DNA of 44,718 nucleotides from a virus (Duplodnaviria; Caudoviricetes), in the IMG/VR virus record IMGVR_UViG_3300011422_000002, positions 1 to 44,718 of that record; one strand, written 5' to 3'. How positions within the stretch are numbered: position 1 is the first letter of the stretch; every line of letters starts with the position of its first letter. The notes under the pieces were generated by a model. The model was given only the letters and a program-made list of their open reading frames with translations. It ran no database searches and was not told where the DNA came from. Both the position numbers and the translations under genes were made by a program. Below are positions 27,011 through 35,476 of the stretch, in pieces.

Positions 27011-27040
27011 ATTGTACCGCATGGCGCACCAGCCCGTCAA
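27011..27040 (-). promoter_or_regulatory. sigma70/SigA-type promoter
   Basis: TTGACG-18 bp-TACAAT. Confidence 0.65.
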
Positions 27041-27141
27041 CCCATTTTGACGACAGGTGCATATCGGCTCGATGACGGGTTGAATACCCTGTTCCGTAAT
27101 GGCCGGCCACCCTGGTGTGTCATACGCGGAATCGAGGTGGT

Positions 27142-27231
27142 ACCCACAACTGGACGTCATACGCGCAACCGTCATACAACACTTTCGAATATGACGAACA
27201 CTTGGGTTGCGCGTTACGGGCTGTTGTGGGT
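27142..27231. other. ~90-bp interrupted inverted repeat in non-coding DNA
   Basis: Arms ACCCACAAC/GTTGTGGGT, ACGCGCAACC/GGTTGCGCGT and CGTCATA/TATGACG. Confidence 0.75.
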
Positions 27232-27275
27232 GGATGACTGCGCTAAATTTTTACCCTGAAAAGTCGCCTTTACCA

Positions 27276-27377
27276 CTAATCCATGCTTGCAAGAACCCAC
27301 CAGGCTAATGCATAGATAACCGCGGCTATGGCTACCAGCACCGGGATGTTGTTTAGCCAGGTCGCTAGATCAATCAT
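27276..27377 (-). CDS. 33-aa single-TM peptide (not in ORF track)
   Basis: MIDLATWLNNIPVLVAIAAVIYALAWWVLASMD; GGGGAG RBS. Confidence 0.6.
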   Translation of the reverse strand: MIDLATWLNNIPVLVAIAAVIYALAWWVLASMD

Positions 27378-27379
27378 CA

Positions 27380-27628
27380 CTACTCCCCCCAAAATGCAAG
27401 TGCTAATGCAACCTCAGGTGACACCGCTTGTTCGTGAAGCTCTACCGCCTCTCGGGACACCCAACCACAGTCCCACTCTAACGGGTGCAGTATCCCGCAG
27501 GGAGGGCTGTACTCAATAGACACCCGGTAATGCTGGTTCATGTAGCAACAGCCAATGGAACTGCAGATCTCCATATCCGACTCGGACAACAGATGCCGGC
27601 CCTTTTGACCACGTAGATAGCCCCTCAC
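27380..27628 (-). CDS. Hypothetical protein
   Basis: GTGA coupling; GAGG RBS. Confidence 0.55.
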   Translation of the reverse strand: MRGYLRGQKGRHLLSESDMEICSSIGCCYMNQHYRVSIEYSPPCGILHPLEWDCGWVSREAVELHEQAVSPEVALALAFWGE

Positions 27629-27948
27629 TTGAAGACGCTGGCCTCAAGCATCCGGGCGACTTTCCACCAGTCATCCTCGGCATCGAGGTAGTCGGGCCAA
27701 CTGATGCTCGGGTCAAAGCCGTACTGATAGACGATCTCGAGGCCGCCCCAGATAAATGGGAGCTTGGGGCCTAGTTCCGGGGATTCCGCGAGTTCCTTCA
27801 GATGCCGAGCCAAACTTAGCTTATTCTGCCGGATTCTCACGGGGTCTCCGGAGATATAGGCCTGGAGTAACCGCTTGCGGTACTGTCTGACCCAGGCTAA
27901 TAACAGCTCCCGGCGAGCTTGAAGGTGAGGCTCAATTGCGAGGGTCAT
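27625..27948 (-). CDS. Hypothetical protein
   Basis: AGGAG RBS; 107 aa. Confidence 0.7.
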   Translation of the reverse strand: MTLAIEPHLQARRELLLAWVRQYRKRLLQAYISGDPVRIRQNKLSLARHLKELAESPELGPKLPFIWGGLEIVYQYGFDPSISWPDYLDAEDDWWKVARMLEASVFK

Positions 27949-28000
27949 TTCAGCTCCTAGGTGGAAAATTTCCCGGTGTCATGTCAGCTATGGTAAAGAA

Positions 28001-28066
28001 ATGCAACCATGCAGCCGTATATATATAGAGTTATGTTGCGGTGCATGGTTGCATGACTGCATGGTT
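28001..28066. other. Candidate replication origin
   Basis: 13-bp inverted repeat ATGCAACCATGCA/TGCATGGTTGCAT around a (TA)n run; third TGCATGGTT copy; adjoins the replication gene's stop. Confidence 0.55.
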
Positions 28067-28068
28067 AG

Positions 28069-29133
28069 TCATCGAAACTGGAACTCCTCATCCAACTCTG
28101 CTATCCCGGCATCATCATAGTTAGCCCTCTGTGCCGCTACTTTTATAGCTTCTATCTCGGGGTAGAGCCATCTTCTACCGCCGCGACGGTCGGTCAGGAA
28201 GCCCAACTGGTTTAGGATACTGTTGACAGTGATTGGAGCTATATTGGGGTAATCCACTCGGATTGGCTTGCCTATGTCCAGCTCTATATCGATTTTGTAC
28301 CAGCGGGATAACGTGGGCTTGGACAGAAGCAGTTCAATAACCCGAGCGAGTACAACGCTGGAGTAGTCATATTCGGCCTTCTGGCGAAGTAGCCGGGTCT
28401 CAACTGCCATCCCTTTGGAGATTTCTTCTATGTATTCTGTATCTTCGAGCTGTCGGGCTATCTCAAGGATGGGAGACCAGGTGGATTCTATGCGTCCGCC
28501 TTCGAGAACTACCCCAGACATGTCGAATTTGAGGGCAGATAGATTGAGAACATCACACTCAAACCGTCCATAGGGGCCCTCTTGGTGCCGAGTAAATATT
28601 TGAATGGAGCGGGAGGCAAGAGCTGGCTCGTCAATCAGGTTCCGCTTGTGGAGAACTGTGGCTCCGAATATCGAATGTGCCTTTTGCTCGTACTTTCCGG
28701 GGCCAACAAGGCGTTTGTAGACCTGTGTAGACATGTCTCGAGTTGTTCTAGACATGAAGATGCGCTCAACTTCAGGGCGGATATTGTCGAACTCGTCGGC
28801 GAAGAAGGTCTTATCGAGGAAAAGTGCCAGTTCATCACGGGAAGCGGCTGGTGTGAGGCCGCCACAGTCCACCATACCACTGGAATCTCCCGGCATTAAG
28901 CGGAGAGCCTTCATAGTTGTATTCTTTCCAGAACCTGCGGGACCTACAAGGGCTAAAGCAGGGTAAAAGTCCAGGGTAGAGAGGTAATTAGTACCTAATC
29001 GCCAATAAATACAAGTTTTGGCGTCCTTGAGAGTCAATTTAGCTGCGGAAATGAGCGACTCTACGGTATCAGAGACTAACTTTTGCTCTGTTTTACGGAT
29101 AATGGAGTCGATTTCGGAGTTGAGATCAGACAA
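28069..29133 (-). CDS. P-loop NTPase replication protein (SF3/DUF3631-like helicase-type domain)
   Basis: GPAGSGKNT Walker A; FFADEFD Walker B; ALASRSI Arg finger; wHTH-like C-terminus. Confidence 0.72.
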   Translation of the reverse strand: MSDLNSEIDSIIRKTEQKLVSDTVESLISAAKLTLKDAKTCIYWRLGTNYLSTLDFYPALALVGPAGSGKNTTMKALRLMPGDSSGMVDCGGLTPAASRDELALFLDKTFFADEFDNIRPEVERIFMSRTTRDMSTQVYKRLVGPGKYEQKAHSIFGATVLHKRNLIDEPALASRSIQIFTRHQEGPYGRFECDVLNLSALKFDMSGVVLEGGRIESTWSPILEIARQLEDTEYIEEISKGMAVETRLLRQKAEYDYSSVVLARVIELLLSKPTLSRWYKIDIELDIGKPIRVDYPNIAPITVNSILNQLGFLTDRRGGRRWLYPEIEAIKVAAQRANYDDAGIAELDEEFQFR

Positions 29134-29276
29134 AGAACTATCCTGCCAAGAAATACCCGTGGCTGCGATGGCTTTTTAATCTTCCCGTGTGGACAAGGAA
29201 GAGGGCAGGTCAGCCGAGTCGCACTTTCCCAGTTCGTGGTTCGTCCTCCGGCCAAGAGGAACCACGGGTCTTCCAA

Positions 29277-29305
29277 ATTATAACATATCTGTAACAGTTT
29301 GTCAA
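29277..29305 (-). promoter_or_regulatory. Consensus sigma70/SigA promoter for the replication operon
   Basis: TTGACA-17 bp-TATAAT with extended TG. Confidence 0.88.
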
Positions 29306-29328
29306 CCCTTTGCCCAATCTTTTACCAT

Positions 29329-29358
29329 CCCGTATAAATTGACCAGCCCTGGTATCCT
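29329..29358 (+). promoter_or_regulatory. Putative late promoter (CCCGTATAAATTGACC plus TATCCT)
   Basis: Same 16-mer as 558-573; ATG 6 nt after the -10-like hexamer. Confidence 0.7.
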
Positions 29359-29364
29359 TAGACC

Positions 29365-30021
29365 ATGACAACTGTAACCATTTGGGAACGCGATGAGCTG
29401 GCAGATCCTATAAATGAAGTTATAGAGCGTGCCAAGGAGCATGGGAACTATGACCTCGTTATGGCGCAGATCCCGGCGCTCTTCGGGGATAGTGATAAGG
29501 CCACCTACTTGGGGTTCCGAGCGCTGGGATTTCGAGCCCGGCAGGCGCTGGAGTTCCTGGGGCTGGAGCTAGCCATCCTGGAGTTGTGGTACGAAGAGAC
29601 ACCAGAACTCAAGGACTTTGAACTCGAGCGGCTAGGAGAACTCCAGCGCAATATAGGGGCCGACATCATCAGGCTGCAATTCTTGAGGAACATGACTTTG
29701 TTCCTGTTCCAGGATTCGCGGATGGTGGCGAAGTCCCTCAACGAGTTCAACGAGATGAGCAACAGGGAGTTCAACTACCTCAAGGCCAACCGGCGCTTCT
29801 ACACATCTGGGGAGTTCCTCAATCTGCAGAAGGCCATGGAGCCGGAGAAGCACCGGACTAATACGCTGGTGCTGAACTTCGGTGGACAGGGTTTCAAGGT
29901 TGTCGAGGACGACGACGGGAACGGGATTATGGAGGTTATAGATGGAGACTCAATTGAGCCCGCGGATTCACTTGGGCTCGAGCCTGGACGGGCATGGCTG
30001 GAGCGTGAGAATCGGGGATAG
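29365..30021 (+). CDS. Terminase small subunit (putative)
   Basis: HTH-like YLGFRALGF..RQALEFLG....L..W; upstream of terL. Confidence 0.6.
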   Translation: MTTVTIWERDELADPINEVIERAKEHGNYDLVMAQIPALFGDSDKATYLGFRALGFRARQALEFLGLELAILELWYEETPELKDFELERLGELQRNIGADIIRLQFLRNMTLFLFQDSRMVAKSLNEFNEMSNREFNYLKANRRFYTSGEFLNLQKAMEPEKHRTNTLVLNFGGQGFKVVEDDDGNGIMEVIDGDSIEPADSLGLEPGRAWLERENRG

Positions 30022-30190
30022 TCATTGGCGCTTCTCGAGGGAAGAGTTTGCCAGTCAGTTCGCAGGCAGGATGGCAGACGAGGATTTTGCCTCGGAGATC
30101 CTCAACCATGCTCATGTGCATGAGTGGGAGATCTGTCGGCCCGAGTCCTGCAAGGGCGCGCTCTGGCAAATCATCCAGGGTCTCGAGTGA
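29942..30190 (+). CDS. Hypothetical protein
   Basis: GGAGG RBS; GTGA coupling to terL. Confidence 0.55.
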   Translation: METQLSPRIHLGSSLDGHGWSVRIGDSHWRFSREEFASQFAGRMADEDFASEILNHAHVHEWEICRPESCKGALWQIIQGLE

Positions 30191-31578
30191 CCTCAGCAAC
30201 GGCGGGAGAGATTACGATTACTCTCCCGCCTTTGCACCCTACACAGAAACTCATTGACTACGACCCGGCCAGATTCAAGGTCATTATTATTGGGAGAAGG
30301 TGGGGCAAGACCACCTACGGGGTCCGCAAGTGTGTAAAGTACGCACTGATGACGGGGTATACCTATTGGTGGATAGGCCCGACTTATCCTGTGGCTCAAA
30401 TCGGGTGGAGGATGCTGAAGCGCCTTGCCCGGCAGATCGACACAGTTAGTCCCGTGGAAATCCGGGAAGCCGACATGTCTATCATCTTCAGGAATGGCGG
30501 GACTATAACGATTAAGTCCGCTGTGAACCCGGATAGTCTCCGAGGCGAGAAATTGGGCGGGGCGGTCTTTGACGAGTTCGCCCAAATCCCCGAGGTGACC
30601 TGGACGGAAGTCATAGGGCCCTCCTTAGCGGACCTCGAGGGGTGGTGCGATTTTGTAGGGACTCCCAAAGGTAAGAACTGGGGCTACAAGCTGTACCAGA
30701 TGGCCCTCAAGCGGGCAGGCTGGAGTGGGTTTCAGCTGCCCACCGCAATCACAGAAGATGGAACCGCGCACACGCGCGTGATAGGCTCTAATAACCCCTA
30801 TGTTGGCATAGAGGAGATGGAGCGGCAGCGCGAGGAGATGTCGCCGGAAACTTTTGCCCAGGAGTGGTTGGCCGATTTTGGGGCTTCACAGTACCTGGTC
30901 TACCCGGAGGTCTCGGCGGAGTTCCATGAATGGCGCGCCCCTGTGCCCGAGTTTATGTCCTACCACGGAGGCATGGACTTCGGTGGCGACACCATAGGGG
31001 CCCACAAGTCCGGGACGGCCATAGCTGGGTTGTCCAAAAAGGATGAGCTTATCATCATCGCTGCATTTCTGCAGGCCGGCCCTAACATAGCCGAGCGGCA
31101 ATACAACTGGGCCTGGGAGCAGGAACTCAAGTTGGCGGAGATCCACCGGGAGCTGCGGCGGCCCTATAATGGAGTTATTTATCGAGCGGACAAGTCCCAG
31201 ATGACGGCGATCCAGTTCATGAGGAACTCGGGTCTGAAGGTGTTCAAGACCAAGGGTGGCCCCGACTCGGTGAATGAGGGTGTTGAGATGGTACACCGGC
31301 GGCTGAAATTGAGACCAGATGCAGGGGCCCCAGAGAGCGGCAAGAATCGGTTGAGGCCGAGGCTATTCTGGTTAAAAGGTGTACCCTGGATTGAGGATGC
31401 TTTGACTTCGTATCGCTACGCGGAGCCTCATGGCGACGGCCGAGTTGAGCACAAGAACCCACTCAAGGTAGACGACGACATGCCGGATACTGTTAGGTAT
31501 CTAGTAGAGGGAGTAGATCACGGCCCGATTGGTGACCCTCAACAACTCTACAGTAGTTACATACCGAGGATAGGCTAG
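30187..31578 (+). CDS. terL: Terminase large subunit
   Basis: LHPTQ; GRRWGKT Walker A; LRG..LGGAVFDE Walker B; GTPKG; RNase H-like GMDFG and DDMPDTVRY. Confidence 0.95.
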   Translation: MTSATAGEITITLPPLHPTQKLIDYDPARFKVIIIGRRWGKTTYGVRKCVKYALMTGYTYWWIGPTYPVAQIGWRMLKRLARQIDTVSPVEIREADMSIIFRNGGTITIKSAVNPDSLRGEKLGGAVFDEFAQIPEVTWTEVIGPSLADLEGWCDFVGTPKGKNWGYKLYQMALKRAGWSGFQLPTAITEDGTAHTRVIGSNNPYVGIEEMERQREEMSPETFAQEWLADFGASQYLVYPEVSAEFHEWRAPVPEFMSYHGGMDFGGDTIGAHKSGTAIAGLSKKDELIIIAAFLQAGPNIAERQYNWAWEQELKLAEIHRELRRPYNGVIYRADKSQMTAIQFMRNSGLKVFKTKGGPDSVNEGVEMVHRRLKLRPDAGAPESGKNRLRPRLFWLKGVPWIEDALTSYRYAEPHGDGRVEHKNPLKVDDDMPDTVRYLVEGVDHGPIGDPQQLYSSYIPRIG

Positions 31579-33608
31579 TGCCCGACATTTATGATAAGTT
31601 GCCCACTCAGGAGCTAGTCACCAATCAGTTCAGGTTTAAGCTGAGGTACTGGCAGACCAGGAATGCCTTTGTCAATGACATGAGGAATGCACTCGGTGGG
31701 TTGAATAAGATCGAGGCCCCTTCGTCCACCCAGTACATGGTGAAGACGCTGCACACCTACATACTGGCGGCCCTCATTAACGAGAAGACTAGCCGATACC
31801 TGCCGCGGCCTGTACTCCAAGTCATACCCGACAATCCCCTGGATGATGAGTCTAGATCCAAATCCACGAGGATTGAACAGGGGATAAATGTCTCTGGGTA
31901 TGAGATCGAACGCCGGGGAGGAGGGGATTGCTACGACCGGGCAGTAAGGGATGCTCTCCTCCTCGACATGGGCGTCCAGAAGATACTAAGAGGGGAAGCG
32001 GCCTACTGGCGGGAAATCGTGGAGCATGATACTGAGTGGGAGAAATTCAAGCTCGGGCACCGAGATACACGGCCTGAAAAAGCATTGACTCCAGCTCAGC
32101 GCACCGCTATAAAGAGGGATTCGGGGATTCCACTGACCAAGGACTACGTACCCCTGGAGTTCTTCCTCCCTCACTATGACGGCAAGACGCTGGCATTCAG
32201 CTTTGAGCTGACCGAGACCACGAAGTGGGGGCTACTCCAGAACCCACTCTTTGATAATGAGAAGGGTGGGCCACTACTGAAGGGCATGACATTCGGGGCC
32301 GATGGAGGGCTGAATGAGACTGTTACTATTATTGAGTATGCTAACGATAATATTCATGCTTATTACCTTGCCGGCCCCGGTGCGAACTCTGGGAACAATA
32401 AGTACCCGAAGGTAAGGACGAACTCGAGGGGCTTCACCGGAGGGCTCGAGTGTCTCTACGCATACGAGCATGGGATTAGCCGGAGTATCTACAACACCTA
32501 TAGTGGGAGATTTGGTGGTTGGAAGACCGAGCATAATGAGATAGAGCGGGTAGGCAAGGGCATCATGGAGCTGTCTCAAGCCGCGGATGAGATAGTCTCT
32601 CAGGTGCTGACCAACGTGAGGGCCACCTATTGGCCTAGTCTGAACTTCATGATGGATCCCGAGGCTAGAGGCTTCGGAACCGGAAACTCCAAGCCAGAGG
32701 CGCCGAAGATTAAGGAAGGGGAGTCCATTGTCACCTTCGTGGGTGAGAAGATTGAGCAGATCTTCGAAGCGAAAGACAATCCGATGGCAATGTGGCTGTT
32801 CGATATCATACAGCAGCAAGTCTCCCGACTGGGTGGTAGTTCAACCCTGTATGGAGAGCGGGCACCTGGAGTTGACACAGGATTTAACCAAGCGATTCAG
32901 CAGACCCAAGCTCAATCACTAGACAACAAGCAAGAGCAGCATCTGCAGGCGGGGGCTGAGGAAGAGGCCCTAATTATCAGCCTGTATGTAAAGCAGATAA
33001 ACGAACCAGTCGAGATGGTGTATCTGGAGACGGATAAGAAGACTAAGAAGAAGAATCTCAAGTACGTGACCCTCGACCCCAAGGATCTCGTCCCCATGCC
33101 CCGGTTCTCCGCGCAGGTGAGGAAGCAGGGGCCGCTCGACTACCTCTCCGCCCTCCGCGCTTTTGCCATGGCTACCGACGATAGAGGTGGTAAAGGGCCG
33201 GCCATGTCGGATGAGACTGGTCGAGAAGAGATCCTCGCGATGCTCTCCCCGGATTTGGAGTACATGAAGATCTTGGTGGAGTCGCAGAAGCGGGAACTGA
33301 TAGCCAATGGCTTCATTACCGATAAGGTCGGGGACGCAGCCAATGTGAAGCTGGCCAAGCAGGGCACCCCGAATATTAGCCCAGAAATCATGGCGAAGGC
33401 TGACCCAGCCCTACTCGCAGCCATCCAGCAGATTCAACCGGCGGCAGCGAAGCAGGGAGGCACCGACCCCGAACTACTCGCTAACGTAGCCGAAGCCGGT
33501 GGCCCCGGAATGGGAATCCCTGGCCCAGTTCCCGGCGACTCCGAGATGACCAACAGGGTTGGTGAGCTTGAACAAGGTGCGGCGCTCACCGGGGCAAGTG
33601 CGATATGA
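31578..33608 (+). CDS. Portal protein (podovirus/P22-type, putative)
   Basis: 676 aa directly after terL; helical body with Pro/Gly tail. Confidence 0.75.
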   Translation: MPDIYDKLPTQELVTNQFRFKLRYWQTRNAFVNDMRNALGGLNKIEAPSSTQYMVKTLHTYILAALINEKTSRYLPRPVLQVIPDNPLDDESRSKSTRIEQGINVSGYEIERRGGGDCYDRAVRDALLLDMGVQKILRGEAAYWREIVEHDTEWEKFKLGHRDTRPEKALTPAQRTAIKRDSGIPLTKDYVPLEFFLPHYDGKTLAFSFELTETTKWGLLQNPLFDNEKGGPLLKGMTFGADGGLNETVTIIEYANDNIHAYYLAGPGANSGNNKYPKVRTNSRGFTGGLECLYAYEHGISRSIYNTYSGRFGGWKTEHNEIERVGKGIMELSQAADEIVSQVLTNVRATYWPSLNFMMDPEARGFGTGNSKPEAPKIKEGESIVTFVGEKIEQIFEAKDNPMAMWLFDIIQQQVSRLGGSSTLYGERAPGVDTGFNQAIQQTQAQSLDNKQEQHLQAGAEEEALIISLYVKQINEPVEMVYLETDKKTKKKNLKYVTLDPKDLVPMPRFSAQVRKQGPLDYLSALRAFAMATDDRGGKGPAMSDETGREEILAMLSPDLEYMKILVESQKRELIANGFITDKVGDAANVKLAKQGTPNISPEIMAKADPALLAAIQQIQPAAAKQGGTDPELLANVAEAGGPGMGIPGPVPGDSEMTNRVGELEQGAALTGASAI

Positions 33609-34084
33609 CCTTTGTAAGAGACATTGAGGAGGCGGTTGAGGAGCTGGCCGACTGGACGGTCGAGACTGTGAATGAGATCATAGGTGAGATCATGTCAGAT
33701 GGGAAGCCCTTCTTCCTGGAGCCCAAGACTGAATTGGAAGAACTCGAGGAATACGCCGGAGTCCGGGGCAACCCCGAGGCCTGGACTAAGTGGATAGCTG
33801 AGCAGACCGGGGCCATAATTATGGAACTACAAGATAGTGCCGTCGCCCCCGACCTCATCATCAGTGTCCACCCGGTAGACATAGCCCAGAAGGTTGCCAT
33901 CGACTGGAGTGCCCGCATGGAGGATCTGTTATTGAAGCCGGAGTATCAATTGCTCGACTTTGGCCCACCTCTTCCAGCCATCGCCCCTGCAATATCACAG
34001 CCGCCAGCTCCACCAACTCCAATAACTCCACCCTCTTCTAACGGCAGCACCGCAGCCGCATCCATGCTCACAGGGATAATATAA
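33605..34084 (+). CDS. Acidic virion-associated protein
   Basis: Coupled to the portal and the next gene. Confidence 0.65.
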   Translation: MTFVRDIEEAVEELADWTVETVNEIIGEIMSDGKPFFLEPKTELEELEEYAGVRGNPEAWTKWIAEQTGAIIMELQDSAVAPDLIISVHPVDIAQKVAIDWSARMEDLLLKPEYQLLDFGPPLPAIAPAISQPPAPPTPITPPSSNGSTAAASMLTGII

Positions 34085-35472
34085 TGGCTTATTCACCGAA
34101 CGTAGAGCAGTGGCGGGCCAAGGTAGCCAAATACTTCCGGCCCGAAGACGTAGATAAAGCCCTCTATGTGATTAACGGGGAGAGTGGTGGTAACCCGACT
34201 ATCAAAGGGGACAACGGGGCTAGCATTGGCCTCTTCCAGATGAATCGGGCTGGAGGGCTCGGCTCAGGAAGTTCCGTATCCCAACTAGAGGACCCCGACT
34301 ACAATATCCGCCTCGCCGCACAAGCCGTCTATGGCGGCAGTGGGTGGAGCCCTTGGGGCGAGGGCTCTACCTACCAAGGCCAGAAGTTCGGCGCCCTCGG
34401 GAATAACCCCTATCCGGGGTCTAGCTCGGTCAATGCGAGAGCCCCTTCAGGAGTACAACCCTTGGCACAAGAGAAGAAACCAGCTGGCAATACTTCTGTT
34501 GGTAGGTTCGCCAGAGGCAAGATAACTGATACCATCTCCCGGCTTCAAACTCCCAAGGGGGTACAGCCAACCAGCTCCGGCTCTACCCCCAAGGGGGTAC
34601 AACCTTACACCCCCACCGGGGACTTCGACGCCGACGTAGCTGCGTACCTCGAGGCCATGGACAAGGCCTATCAGGACCTATACAAGTACGCGGACAATGG
34701 CGGGCTGATTGTAGACGAAGAAGAGGGTGTCGTCTATAAGTATGACGAGGCCGGGGAGCCGATACCTGATGCCGAGGGGATGCGATTACTCTCCATCGCC
34801 ATGCGGAATGCGGCTTCGGTTGAGCGGCTCATGGATAGGCGGAAGGCCAATCTGGAAGGTGCCGGAGCTGATTCCGCGGCAGCGTATCTGACCTCTGAGA
34901 AGGAGAAGCGCGCCGAGGCCGAGGCCAAGTATGCCGACTACATAGGTCGCATCGGGGATATCACTGCCATCGAGGACATCCCGGTGCAGCGGGCCGCTAA
35001 TATAGCTGGGGTTCTTAAAGCAGCTAATGCCGGGAGAGCCCTCGCTGAGGGTTCCCCATTCACCACCCAAGGTGCCGGCTATGGTACCGAGGGGCAGCCC
35101 AAGTCTATGGACCTAGGTGGAATCCTAGGCGGGTTGAAAGGGGCCCTTCCTGCCGAAGCCCCTCAGCCCTACAACATCAACCCGGCAGCGTTGGAGCCCT
35201 ACGGTGGTGCAGGCGGTGGTAGTTCATTCCCCAATATGCAGGCACAGAACCCCGACGAGATAATTGCCGAGTACAATGGTGGAGCGGTTCCTGGCGTCCC
35301 AGCTGGCATAGGCGCCGGCACCGGGCCAGCCCCAGCTGTACCATCAGCCCCTACCGCCACAGGTGGGGACTTCGCAAGCCGCCAAGCCGCGGCCCGCTCC
35401 CAATATCAACCAAAGGGCAGCGTCCTAGCCCAAGGGCCAGACTTCTGGAAAAAAGCTCTCGGATTGAGGTAG
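34084..35472 (+). CDS. Internal virion/ejection protein with N-terminal lytic transglycosylase domain
   Basis: VINGESGGNP...GLFQM...DPDYNIRLA...GWSPW; Gly/Ala/Pro-rich tail. Confidence 0.82.
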   Translation: MAYSPNVEQWRAKVAKYFRPEDVDKALYVINGESGGNPTIKGDNGASIGLFQMNRAGGLGSGSSVSQLEDPDYNIRLAAQAVYGGSGWSPWGEGSTYQGQKFGALGNNPYPGSSSVNARAPSGVQPLAQEKKPAGNTSVGRFARGKITDTISRLQTPKGVQPTSSGSTPKGVQPYTPTGDFDADVAAYLEAMDKAYQDLYKYADNGGLIVDEEEGVVYKYDEAGEPIPDAEGMRLLSIAMRNAASVERLMDRRKANLEGAGADSAAAYLTSEKEKRAEAEAKYADYIGRIGDITAIEDIPVQRAANIAGVLKAANAGRALAEGSPFTTQGAGYGTEGQPKSMDLGGILGGLKGALPAEAPQPYNINPAALEPYGGAGGGSSFPNMQAQNPDEIIAEYNGGAVPGVPAGIGAGTGPAPAVPSAPTATGGDFASRQAAARSQYQPKGSVLAQGPDFWKKALGLR

Positions 35473-35476
35473 TATC

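Noticed and set aside
29076-29276. Zn-finger ORF frameshifting into the P-loop gene
   Set aside because: Its start abuts the -10 box and would precede the TSS; the downstream gene has its own RBS and TTG
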